From the NCBI GenBank assembly GCA_030604855.1, contig JAUVVC010000012.1:1-31413 (forward strand): 31,413 nucleotides of DNA, given 5' to 3'. Positions 8,695 to 17,088 of the stretch are shown in pieces. This DNA comes from Erysipelotrichaceae bacterium. GTDB lineage: Bacteria > Bacillota_I > Bacilli_A > Erysipelotrichales > Erysipelotrichaceae. The stretch's first letter is position 1; each line of letters opens with the position of its first letter. The position numbers were made by a program, and so were the translations under genes. The notes beneath the pieces are model-generated. The model was not told the origin of the DNA. It worked only from the letters and a program-made list of their open reading frames with translations, and did not search any database.

Positions 8695-9459
8695 TTACTC
8701 TTTATTCTGCATTCTGGTCACTAGGACATAGACGAATGCAATAATTGAACCCAAGACTGCGTAGGTAACCATTGTAACGTTTAATGGTTTCAATACGAAT
8801 GTTAGGAAATACGCTAATAAGAAGAAAGCGATGTATTCACGTTTACCAATAACATGAATGGTTAATGCAATACCGATTGCTGCCAAACCACCACCAATTA
8901 CAGAGAGGATATGGAAGAACCAACCGCCTGCATATTGTGCAGTCAAATCCGCAATGAATGGAGCACCATAATACAATGCAACGAACATAACAGGAACATA
9001 CAATGCAAAGCTTACAAGAATCGGTAAGCCCATGATGGAGAAGAATAGACCTTTGTCATTGAGTTCTTCTGCATATTTATCCGATAAACGAATAATGAAT
9101 GTATTGATGAAGAAACGGAATTGGTATAGGTAACCCCCAACCAAACCAACAGGAACCGCAATTGCGATGGCTTCTGTAGGTTCAAGATTTGCCAAAATCG
9201 CAACCGGAACTGCAATCGCAGTTGCTACGGCAGGTTCAGATGGCATCGAACCTCCTGGTGCGAAAACTCCCATGTAAATCAACTGAATGGTCGCCGTGAC
9301 GATCATCGCTTGAGGAACATTCCCCATGACGATCCCAACAACCAAACCAGTCATCATTGGGCTGAAACGCATTGTCAACGTTGCATAACCCAGACCACGT
9401 GATTGAACTGCAGCAACCCACAGTGCAATTAACAAGGCTTGAAGAACTGTAAATTCCAT
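8695..9459 (-). CDS. PTS mannose-family EIIC component
   Basis: 254 aa polytopic membrane protein with an MEFTVLQALLIALW-type N-terminus, adjacent to EIID. Confidence 0.9.
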   Translation of the reverse strand: MEFTVLQALLIALWVAAVQSRGLGYATLTMRFSPMMTGLVVGIVMGNVPQAMIVTATIQLIYMGVFAPGGSMPSEPAVATAIAVPVAILANLEPTEAIAIAVPVGLVGGYLYQFRFFINTFIIRLSDKYAEELNDKGLFFSIMGLPILVSFALYVPVMFVALYYGAPFIADLTAQYAGGWFFHILSVIGGGLAAIGIALTIHVIGKREYIAFFLLAYFLTFVLKPLNVTMVTYAVLGSIIAFVYVLVTRMQNKE

Positions 9460-9485
9460 AATTTCCTTTCTTACCCTCTTAGGGT

Positions 9486-10382
9486 CTACTTACTCTTGAC
9501 GGCATGACCGCCAAAGGCATTTCTTAGTGCCGCAACAACCTTACCGCTAAACGTATCCTCTTGCTTTGAACGATAACGCATCATCAATGAAAGCGAAATA
9601 ACGGGCGTAGGCACTTGATATTTCAATGCCGTCTCTACCGTCCACTGCGCTTCACCACTTGCGTCCACCGATCCAATGAGATCATTCAGTTTAGGATCTT
9701 TAATAAAAGCTCCTTCTGCCAACTCCATTAACCAAGAGCGAATGACCGAACCATGATTCCATACATGTGCCACACGGGGGAAATCAAAGTCGTATTCACT
9801 GGCTTCAAGAACTTCAAACCCTTCGCCAATCGCTTGCATCATGCCGTATTCGATTCCATTGTGGACCATTTTTAAGAAATGACCACTGCCTGAAGGACCA
9901 GTGTACAAACATCCCCCTTCAACAGTAATGGCTTCAAATACGGGTTCCAATTGATGATAAATACTTTGTTCACCACCAACCATCAAACACAAGCCATGGC
10001 GAGCACCACTGGTGCCACCTGAAGATCCAACATCTAAGAAATGGATACCTTTTGCTTTAAGCTCGGTTGCGTTACGTTTCGAATCCTCATAATGTGAATT
10101 CCCACCATCGATCACAATATCTCCCGCTTGGGCATATGCACTTACCTTTTCAATTACTCGATTGGTAATATCCCCAGCAGGAACCATGATCCAGATGATT
10201 CGTGGAGAAGATAAGCTTGCCATGAATGCAGAGAATTCAATTTCAGCTTGGATGCCAGCTTCTTGTAAGCGTTGCACGCTTTCCAAACTCGCATCGTAGC
10301 CAACAACTTCAATCGCTTTTGACTGCAAATTCAGAGCTAAATTATATCCCATCTTCCCTAATCCAATTAGACCAATCCGCAT
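9486..10382 (-). CDS. Short-form decarboxylating 6-phosphogluconate dehydrogenase-like protein (YqeC/Gnd-like)
   Basis: MRIGLIGLGKMGYNLALNL Rossmann N-terminus and GHFLKMVHNGIEYGMMQ signature. 298 aa. GGAGG SD at 10388-10392. Confidence 0.85.
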   Translation of the reverse strand: MRIGLIGLGKMGYNLALNLQSKAIEVVGYDASLESVQRLQEAGIQAEIEFSAFMASLSSPRIIWIMVPAGDITNRVIEKVSAYAQAGDIVIDGGNSHYEDSKRNATELKAKGIHFLDVGSSGGTSGARHGLCLMVGGEQSIYHQLEPVFEAITVEGGCLYTGPSGSGHFLKMVHNGIEYGMMQAIGEGFEVLEASEYDFDFPRVAHVWNHGSVIRSWLMELAEGAFIKDPKLNDLIGSVDASGEAQWTVETALKYQVPTPVISLSLMMRYRSKQEDTFSGKVVAALRNAFGGHAVKSK

Positions 10383-10435
10383 CTCAACCTCCTGTTGTTG
10401 CTCAGGTAATGAAGACTACCTGTTGCCACACTCTA

Positions 10436-10463
10436 ACTATACAAAAATTGTAAGCACTTACAA
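10436..10463 (-). promoter_or_regulatory. Promoter of the PTS/sugar-acid operon
   Basis: Minus strand: TTGTAA (10463-10458), 16-nt spacer, TATAGT (10441-10436). About 50 nt upstream of the ATG at 10382. Confidence 0.5.
10449..10462. promoter_or_regulatory. cre-like palindrome (CcpA/LacI-family operator) overlapping the -35
   Basis: TGTAAGTGCTTACA on the minus strand. One central mismatch to WTGNAANCGNWNNCW (TG instead of CG). Confidence 0.5.
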
Positions 10464-10489
10464 CACACAAGTTTTTCGCTTGACTATAG

Positions 10490-10515
10490 AAAAAAATGCA
10501 TTCATTCATGCATTT
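10490..10515 (-). terminator. Intrinsic terminator of the regulator gene
   Basis: Minus-strand AAAUGCAU (10515-10508), 6-nt loop, AUGCAUUU (10501-10494), then a U-run (plus-strand A-run 10490-10496). The stem is AU-rich and overlaps the stop codon. Confidence 0.45.
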
Positions 10516-12419
10516 GTCTCTAATATTTCTTCTTTGAACGCTTTCAAATCACGTTTTCGAATTAGGCTGTTGATTAAGTTACTATTCATGATAATGCGCG
10601 AAAAAGGACTCGCTAACAAATTTAAAGCCGGAAATCGATTTGGCATGATAAACAAGAAAATAAGTTTTACCTTATGGCTATCCAGTGCTAGTGCCTTGTG
10701 TGGAATCAAGACATGCGTTTCTGCTTGTGTACGTTCTGAATCGTAATACCTTAAAACCGCTATTTGATTGACTAAAACCGTATTGAATCGATTATGAGAG
10801 TCCATTATCCTACGTTTGAACTGTTGTTTTAATCCAAAGGAGAACCCACACTTCTCAGCCAAGTAATTCAAGCCATCCTCAAATGTCTTAAGAAGTACAT
10901 TTGGATAGAACCGTGATTCATCAAAATACTTTAAAAGATCTTGATTCCGCTCATTTTTATCCAATAGACGATAACGAACACTTGGAATAATCATGTCATA
11001 CTCAACTAGACTCGGGAAAACCATCACAGATTCGTCTAAGCTCTCAAAATGTTCCACATCCGTTAAAACCAGCTGATTCTGACGCAGAAAAGGTGTATTC
11101 CCATCATAATTCTCAATATTTATGGCATAAGTATACTGCGCCAACTCTTGTCTGAGTCGACGGGCTAAAGCAGCTGCGCGAACCTCACCCATCTCTGAAA
11201 TGATAACAATGGATTTTCGATCAATAGTTGGGGCGACTGAAAAGCCTAGATTAAAATGATAGGCAAGTGTATAGATATCTTGTTGGTTGAATTTGAGTTT
11301 GATGTTTTCTTCAATATTCTCTGCAAAAAGCATGGCACATTCGATGGCAATCACCATCTCATCGTCAATCGTTCCCAATTCTAACTTACGCTCGAGATAA
11401 CCAACTTTCTTTTGATAGGTCATCATGATCAAAAGTAGCGATAGACTCTTATTCAACTCAATAGGTGAAGCTATCAAATAGTTATAGGGTTCAAAATACT
11501 GCTCCATGAAATTGGAAACAATATCAGCAATTGAGGCATAAGAACTCATAAAATGATGATTGTATAAACGATCTAAATGATTCTTCTCATAAAGAAATGC
11601 TAAAACCAAAGCCAATAGAATCGTCTCTAGTTGCTGATCTTCATTGAGCAAAATAAGAATGATGAGTTGTGCCGGTATCTTTAGCGCATCAAACTCTCGT
11701 ATTTTTAGTGTTTTCTCATCTAAAACATGCTTTTTTGCAATCCTTAACAATACAAAGGATAGATAAATATTGAGTCGTTTGAAATTTACTTCTGAGATTT
11801 CAACATTATGCTGTCTTAGAATTTTTCGTATTTCCAGAATGTAACGATGATTTGCTTCCATACAGTGGAAATGAAAAAATGTGTTGAACAACTGAACGAG
11901 TGTCTGATGGGTACAAATCATTTCGTAATAATGAATGAACGTCAAACGCTTTGCGTATTCATCTCCTTCAAATTGGTATCCTTTACCTGGTTTAATGATG
12001 AGTTCCAATTGATGGTAACGAACCATTTCTTTGATTTGCTGCATCAAGTCCACAATGATTCGTTTATTGGAGTACAGATGCATTGCCAATATATCTTGTG
12101 TAACATAATCTTCATACAAAAGTAAAAAACAGATGATAAACGCTTTCTGTGTTGGTATATCTTCTAATGGTGAAATATCATGAACAACCTTAAAAAAAAC
12201 TTCTTTATCTTGACTGTTTTTGTACGATAAAGCAAAGCCAAAACCTCGTCTTGAAAGCAGCTTCACAGCTGTTTTATCCAAATAGGTTTCGATTGCTTTC
12301 ATTTCATTTTGAACGGTCTTGGTGCTAACATTTAAGCGAACCGCGAACTCGTCACTATCGATATAATTGTCCGTCTCGAGTAGGTAACGGAGTATGATCT
12401 TTTGTCGATGCGTTAACAT
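10506..12419 (-). CDS. PRD-containing PTS-controlled transcriptional activator (HTH / PRD / EIIB-like / EIIA-like; MtlR/LicR/ManR class)
   Basis: N-terminal HTH (RQKIILRYLL...STKTVQNEMKAIE). Length fits the class. The C-terminal EIIA(Mtl/Fru)-type motif HVLIPH is present. Start set to the ATG at 12419; the track's TTG at 12443 lies inside the predicted promoter/cre. Confidence 0.75.
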   Translation of the reverse strand: MLTHRQKIILRYLLETDNYIDSDEFAVRLNVSTKTVQNEMKAIETYLDKTAVKLLSRRGFGFALSYKNSQDKEVFFKVVHDISPLEDIPTQKAFIICFLLLYEDYVTQDILAMHLYSNKRIIVDLMQQIKEMVRYHQLELIIKPGKGYQFEGDEYAKRLTFIHYYEMICTHQTLVQLFNTFFHFHCMEANHRYILEIRKILRQHNVEISEVNFKRLNIYLSFVLLRIAKKHVLDEKTLKIREFDALKIPAQLIILILLNEDQQLETILLALVLAFLYEKNHLDRLYNHHFMSSYASIADIVSNFMEQYFEPYNYLIASPIELNKSLSLLLIMMTYQKKVGYLERKLELGTIDDEMVIAIECAMLFAENIEENIKLKFNQQDIYTLAYHFNLGFSVAPTIDRKSIVIISEMGEVRAAALARRLRQELAQYTYAINIENYDGNTPFLRQNQLVLTDVEHFESLDESVMVFPSLVEYDMIIPSVRYRLLDKNERNQDLLKYFDESRFYPNVLLKTFEDGLNYLAEKCGFSFGLKQQFKRRIMDSHNRFNTVLVNQIAVLRYYDSERTQAETHVLIPHKALALDSHKVKLIFLFIMPNRFPALNLLASPFSRIIMNSNLINSLIRKRDLKAFKEEILETNA

Positions 12420-12430
12420 ACTTCTATTTA

Positions 12431-12459
12431 AGCATAAAAGCAAACGTTTACAAATCTAA
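12431..12459 (-). promoter_or_regulatory. Candidate promoter of the regulator gene
   Basis: Minus strand: TTAGAT (12459-12454), 17-nt spacer, TATGCT (12436-12431). Confidence 0.35.
12439..12452. promoter_or_regulatory. cre box (full consensus match) within the regulator promoter spacer
   Basis: Minus strand tTGTAAACGTTTGCT matches WTGNAANCGNWNNCW at every constrained position. Confidence 0.5.
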
Positions 12460-13787
12460 ATTAATCCATTCAAGGCATTAATCAAAGCCTTGAAGAACTG
12501 AATCCCCTGATAATAAGACGAAATCGCAACACGTTCATTGTCCGCATGGATCGTTGGTCGATCATCCTTAATGCTCATGAAGGGTTGAATACGATAGACC
12601 CCTTCAGCTTGATCATGATAAATACGACTATCCGTAGCTGCAATCATCAAATACGGCGCAACAACTTTAATATCTGGATAAACTTCTTTAATCACCTTAT
12701 CAATCGACGTATAACAACGACTCTCGACCGAAGATACTGAAGTGGGATTGTTTCCATTGATGGGTGTCACCGTGAAGCGCGAACCAATTCTACGCTTGAT
12801 CCTTGACACCACTTCCTCCACAGAATCGCCGGGAACGATGCGACAGTTCAAATTCACCTTCGCATCTTGTGCTAATACATTTGGTGCTTTAGAACCGGAT
12901 GCCATTGTCATTACTGCGGTCGTTCGAACAGTTGCGGCTGTTTCAGGATTCTTCGTCATCACGTTGAGTAAAATTGGTTTGAAGATATCTTTGTATTTGA
13001 AAAGAAACTTTAAAGGTTGGTCCATGGCAGGAACCAAGGCTTCAAACATTGCACGGGTTGCCGGATTGAAATCCGCTTTGAACTTATTGGATTCCATTAG
13101 ACCTGCAGCTTGAGTCACTTCAAAGAGTGCACTCCGCTCTGGTGGTGTTGAGGCATGACCGCCTTCACGACGTGCCATGATTTCCACATCAAGATAGCCT
13201 TTTTCCGCAACTCCAATAAGCGCGACAGTCCCATTCACGCCTAACTTCTTTCCATCAATGAAGGCTCCACCTTCATCGAGAACACACTCAAATGTTATTC
13301 CTCGGGAAATAAGCAACTCTTTAATAGCTTTGGCACCTGAATCTGCCATGGCTGACCCTGTCTCTTCATTGTGTCCCAACATGATGTAAAGATCACGTTC
13401 AAATGTTTTGCCTTCGACCAATAAAGATTCAATTGCTTCAAGCATGGCCACCACATGGCCTTTCATATCCAAAGCGCCACGGGCATAGACATAATCTTCA
13501 TACACCTCAGCCCCAAAAGGTTCATGGTTCCATCCTTCTGGATTCACAGGCACCACGTCGTAGTGTCCCATCCAACCAATGGGGTTCAAGTCTGTCGTTC
13601 CTTTAATCACATACAAGAGACTATACATCCCCACACGTTCTACCACAGCTTTTTCATGAAACAAAGGATAGTATTGTTTAATCAAACTTATGAATTTCTC
13701 ATACTCGCTAAAATCAATCCGTTCACGTTCAGCGTACGAGATGGTTTTTGTTTGTAAAATGCTTTGTAAACGCTCAAGCGCATCCAT
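12456..13787 (-). CDS. M20/M25/M40-family metallohydrolase (carboxypeptidase/amidohydrolase-like)
   Basis: 443 aa. HYDVVP, ARGALDMKG, GHNEETG and DEGG metal-binding and catalytic motifs of peptidase family M20. Confidence 0.85.
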   Translation of the reverse strand: MDALERLQSILQTKTISYAERERIDFSEYEKFISLIKQYYPLFHEKAVVERVGMYSLLYVIKGTTDLNPIGWMGHYDVVPVNPEGWNHEPFGAEVYEDYVYARGALDMKGHVVAMLEAIESLLVEGKTFERDLYIMLGHNEETGSAMADSGAKAIKELLISRGITFECVLDEGGAFIDGKKLGVNGTVALIGVAEKGYLDVEIMARREGGHASTPPERSALFEVTQAAGLMESNKFKADFNPATRAMFEALVPAMDQPLKFLFKYKDIFKPILLNVMTKNPETAATVRTTAVMTMASGSKAPNVLAQDAKVNLNCRIVPGDSVEEVVSRIKRRIGSRFTVTPINGNNPTSVSSVESRCYTSIDKVIKEVYPDIKVVAPYLMIAATDSRIYHDQAEGVYRIQPFMSIKDDRPTIHADNERVAISSYYQGIQFFKALINALNGLI

Positions 13788-14446
13788 TATTTTACCCAGC
13801 CTTTCTTAAACATCCAACGTGCCGTCACCATCGATAACAAAGAAGCGATGGGAACGAATACGGGTTGAATCGTTGGATCTTTGATCACAAACGCAAAAAG
13901 CAGTAGCATTACCGTCAAGGGTACGATGGTTAATTTCCAATGCCGTACCACAAAGACCAAGCCCAATGCTCCGAAAATCGCTGGAACCAAGTAATCTGTT
14001 ACGGGTCCTAGAAATTCTTGAACAATGCCTAAATACGGTAGCAACAAGACAACCCCTACAAAAATAATAATCGTTGTAACAATTGAAGATGACGCAACCG
14101 ATAAAGTCGCGATAATCTCTGCCTCATCACTCCCAGGTTCCACATTCGCTTGTTTCATCGCACTGAGTGCTGCAGGAAGTTTCATGTTTGAAATGTTCCC
14201 TGTCACATGTGAGATATAGGTCGCCCCAACCCCAAGCATAGGCGCATAGTTCAAGGTTTCAATAATTCCGATGGGAATATAAATCGCTCCAACGGTCATG
14301 AAGCCCTTAACAATCAGATCCCAAGTTGGCCAAGCATTGTTGATCCAACTGAACACGAAGGGCACAAGCAACATCAGCACAGTCGATATGATCATGAAAC
14401 GGCGTCCATGACGATGCAGTTTTTCAATATATTGAGCTTGGGTCAT
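13787..14446 (-). CDS. Uncharacterised polytopic membrane protein (about 6 TM)
   Basis: Start moved to the ATG at 14446, behind GGGGGTG. It lies 1 nt after the upstream stop. Its own stop overlaps the M20 start (TAATG). No family recognised by eye. Confidence 0.6.
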   Translation of the reverse strand: MTQAQYIEKLHRHGRRFMIISTVLMLLVPFVFSWINNAWPTWDLIVKGFMTVGAIYIPIGIIETLNYAPMLGVGATYISHVTGNISNMKLPAALSAMKQANVEPGSDEAEIIATLSVASSSIVTTIIIFVGVVLLLPYLGIVQEFLGPVTDYLVPAIFGALGLVFVVRHWKLTIVPLTVMLLLFAFVIKDPTIQPVFVPIASLLSMVTARWMFKKGWVK

Positions 14447-14447
14447 T

Positions 14448-15125
14448 TCACACCCCCATGATGAAGTAGAGCGCAATCAAGGTTCCCAACATTGAGACCG
14501 GAAGTGCAAACTCCTCCATCCACTTGAATTTTCGAGATATCAAAGCAAGAACAGCCATGATGGCAATACTGATGAACAGCGCCAAGGCGTTGTATCCACC
14601 CATGGTGATTTGCTGGGCTCCAATTGTCCCAACCAAACCCATGAATAAGGCCGCTATCAAGAGTTCGGACCATCGTGGATTCTTGATCTTAATGGCTTCA
14701 AGCTTATTGGTGTATTGCTTGTAAAAGAAGATAAGGATGATCATTCCACTCAAGATGGACAAGGTCATCGTCCAGATTGCCGTCGAATACACCTGTAAAT
14801 TCTCCGTCAAACTTGCCACACCCGCAGCTTGTTTGATCTGCGATGCAGCATAGGTTTCATAACTTACGGAGCCAATGACGCTCAAACGAATCCATGGAAT
14901 CACCACATTCCCAAACAAAGGAATCATGGTGACCAATCCAATTAAAATCGGAAGGGATGGCACAATCGAGAAAATCGCACTGCTGCGTGTCGTCTCATTG
15001 AGTTGTGTCTTCGTCATTCCTAACTCCAAACCTCTTTTGTAGGCTTTGCGGTAGATGACAACAGACTCGAAAAGCACATAGCTGATCAAGATGGCCCCAA
15101 TGATGTATAAGGAAAAAAAGTTCAT
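14448..15125 (-). CDS. Uncharacterised polytopic membrane protein (about 6-7 TM; possibly DUF5058-like)
   Basis: Start moved to the ATG at 15125, behind AGAGGT. Hydrophobic profile. The family assignment is from memory only. Confidence 0.6.
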   Translation of the reverse strand: MNFFSLYIIGAILISYVLFESVVIYRKAYKRGLELGMTKTQLNETTRSSAIFSIVPSLPILIGLVTMIPLFGNVVIPWIRLSVIGSVSYETYAASQIKQAAGVASLTENLQVYSTAIWTMTLSILSGMIILIFFYKQYTNKLEAIKIKNPRWSELLIAALFMGLVGTIGAQQITMGGYNALALFISIAIMAVLALISRKFKWMEEFALPVSMLGTLIALYFIMGV

Positions 15126-15145
15126 AAGCTTACCTCTTTGTTTCA

Positions 15146-15174
15146 ATGATAGACAATTCAAAGTCTAAATACAA
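15146..15174 (-). promoter_or_regulatory. Promoter of the membrane-membrane-M20 operon
   Basis: Minus strand: TTGTAT (15174-15169), 17-nt spacer, TATCAT (15151-15146). Confidence 0.45.
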
Positions 15175-15176
15175 CT

Positions 15177-15201
15177 TAAAAAGAACCTCGCACGAGGTTC
15201 T
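15177..15201 (-). terminator. Rho-independent terminator after the SRPBCC gene
   Basis: Minus strand: AGAACCUC, loop GUGC, GAGGUUCU, then UUUUU (plus-strand A-run 15177-15181). Confidence 0.7.
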
Positions 15202-15618
15202 CTAGTCAATTAGACAGTATTCTTTAAAATTATCCAAGATTGCTTGCCAACCCATCGCTTGAAGTTCAATAGAATTCTCCGATTCCGCTTCGAATGTTTC
15301 CACAAGTTCAATGCCATTTGCTCGTTCAATAAATTGAACACTTACAAAGCGATCATCGTCCAAACGATACTCAATAAGCTGATGTTCTACGATATTTGTG
15401 TAACGCCCCGTGAAATCGAAACCAAAACTGCCATCCTTAGCTTCCATCCGCCAACTGAAACGACCCTCCACAAACAAGTCATTTGTCGCAGACGGACAAT
15501 GCCAATCCTCGGACGCAAAGTTCCAATGAATGATGTGTTCAGGCTTTGTCCAACAATCCCATACGCAGGCTACTTGCTTTGGTATCAACGTGCTTACAGT
15601 AATGCTTTGATGTGTCAT
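15202..15618 (-). CDS. SRPBCC/AHSA1-family small protein
   Basis: 138 aa. ...VWDCWTKPEHIIHWNFAS.DW...GRFSWRMEAKDGS.GFDF.G.Y is typical of Aha1-like SRPBCC proteins. Confidence 0.8.
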   Translation of the reverse strand: MTHQSITVSTLIPKQVACVWDCWTKPEHIIHWNFASEDWHCPSATNDLFVEGRFSWRMEAKDGSFGFDFTGRYTNIVEHQLIEYRLDDDRFVSVQFIERANGIELVETFEAESENSIELQAMGWQAILDNFKEYCLID

Positions 15619-15676
15619 GCTTTACCTCTATTTAAACTGAGTTTAACACAGCTCAATCTTAGATAAAAGAAAGATG

Positions 15677-16525
15677 CTAGTCGATTTGAATGCCCATTCC
15701 AATCAAACCAGGACCGGTGTGTACACCCAAAGCAGGCGATACTTGACCAACATAGATTTTTACTCTATTCCCATACTTCGTAATCAATTGTTCTTTCAAC
15801 TTCAGAACCTCATCCAAGGCTTGTCCATGAGCCAATCCAATCGTAAACGATTCCGCATCTTTTACGAAATCCAAAGCCATTTGTAGACAACGTTTGATCG
15901 AAACCATACGACCACGTGCTTTCGCAACAGTCGTATAGATGCCCTCATCATTACAGGTAATGATGGGTCTTAAGTCCAAAGCATACCCGATCAATGCGGT
16001 AACTTTACCTATGCGTCCACCCTTTTGTAGATACTCCAAGGTATCCAAAACAAAGTAAACTTTTGTCTTATCAATGGTTTCTTTAACTTTGGCTATGACT
16101 TCTTCAAAACTCAAACCCGCTTTGATGAATTCAGCTGTTTTGATAACCGTTAAGCCACTGCCAATCCCAATGTTCTTAGTATCCAATACTTCCATCGGTA
16201 ATGGCGCTTCTTTCGCCATCAAGTTAATGAGATTATACGTACCCGATAAACCACTGGATAAGACGACCGCTATGATATGCGTATAGCCTTCTGCTTTAAT
16301 TTGTTCAAAAATCTTAGTGATATCCTCACCTAAGGGTAAAGATGTGGAAGGAACTTCAATCGGTAGACGTTCATACATCGTTTCCGCGTCGATATCGACC
16401 CCATCACGATAGCTGTGATCTTTGTAGTTGACCTGTAAAGGTGCGACAAAAATACCAAGTTCTTTAACTAAATAATAGGGGACATCACTACCCGAGTCTG
16501 TTAATAATGCGATTTTATGCTTCAT
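15677..16525 (-). CDS. DegV-family fatty-acid-binding protein
   Basis: MKHKIALLTDSGSDVP N-terminus, ...STS.PS.G..., ...SSGLSGTY.... 282 aa. Confidence 0.9.
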   Translation of the reverse strand: MKHKIALLTDSGSDVPYYLVKELGIFVAPLQVNYKDHSYRDGVDIDAETMYERLPIEVPSTSLPLGEDITKIFEQIKAEGYTHIIAVVLSSGLSGTYNLINLMAKEAPLPMEVLDTKNIGIGSGLTVIKTAEFIKAGLSFEEVIAKVKETIDKTKVYFVLDTLEYLQKGGRIGKVTALIGYALDLRPIITCNDEGIYTTVAKARGRMVSIKRCLQMALDFVKDAESFTIGLAHGQALDEVLKLKEQLITKYGNRVKIYVGQVSPALGVHTGPGLIGMGIQID

Positions 16526-17003
16526 GAATGATACCTTCTCTTTCTAACAATAAGTTGCGTGTAAAACGATGCAAGGCAAACGATAATGCTGTATAGCGTA
16601 AGATACGATGCGCATTGGGCAATTGATTCAAGCTAAAAGCTTCTTCAATCTTCTCAATTGAAACCAATTTGACTGCTCGCTCAACTTCATTAACGAAACA
16701 GTCAAAGGCCACATCCAAACCCAAAGCCTCTTTACTCAGATGGATACCTTTGACGATCTCAGAGAGTTCAAAGATATCCTTGAGGAGTGCGATGACCATA
16801 ATGTGCGATACATGCCTACGACTATATTTTTTCTTGATCGGAGCAGGGATCCATTTCAACTTCGTATAGTTGTTGATCATGGACGCTGTTATTGGACGCA
16901 CACCGAGTTGATTTAGGTTTAGATTCACTAAATCAATGACTTGTTCCTTGTAAAGATCAATAGAAGGTAATTCAGCCCATCGGGCAATATGCAGTTCGTC
17001 CAT
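16515..17003 (-). CDS. DUF1836 domain protein
   Basis: LP.IDLY..QVI... and MINNYTKLKWIPAPIKKKYSR.HV motifs. It is in the usual position upstream of degV, with an 11-nt overlap. Confidence 0.75.
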   Translation of the reverse strand: MDELHIARWAELPSIDLYKEQVIDLVNLNLNQLGVRPITASMINNYTKLKWIPAPIKKKYSRRHVSHIMVIALLKDIFELSEIVKGIHLSKEALGLDVAFDCFVNEVERAVKLVSIEKIEEAFSLNQLPNAHRILRYTALSFALHRFTRNLLLEREGIIHEA

Positions 17004-17028
17004 AGTTCTCCTTAATCTTTATAACTGT

Positions 17029-17056
17029 ATTATATAGTTATCATAACTAGATGCAA
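17029..17056 (-). promoter_or_regulatory. Promoter of the DUF1836-degV unit
   Basis: Minus strand: TTGCAT (17056-17051), 16-nt spacer, TATAAT (17034-17029). AAGGAG SD before the ATG at 17003. Confidence 0.55.
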
Positions 17057-17067
17057 GCATAATAAGC

Positions 17068-17088
17068 AAACAAGTCTTAAACTTGTTT
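17068..17088 (-). terminator. Candidate terminator after the GH13 gene
   Basis: AAACAAGT (17068-17075) pairs with ACTTGTTT (17081-17088): 8 bp with a 5-nt loop. Only a moderately U-rich tail follows on the minus strand. Confidence 0.4.

Noticed and set aside
12420-12443. TTG-initiated extension of the PRD regulator (track start 12443).
   Set aside because: The TTG lies inside the predicted cre box and promoter spacer. The ATG at 12419 gives the expected HTH N-terminus. This remains uncertain because the SD is weak.
14447-14476. Extension of the 219-aa membrane protein (track start 14476).
   Set aside because: It would overlap the upstream gene by 29 nt. The ATG at 14446 follows GGGGGTG and sits 1 nt after the upstream stop.
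15126-15161. Extension of the upstream membrane protein (track start 15161).
   Set aside because: The ATG at 15125 is preceded by AGAGGT at good spacing. The extension would run into the predicted -10 region.
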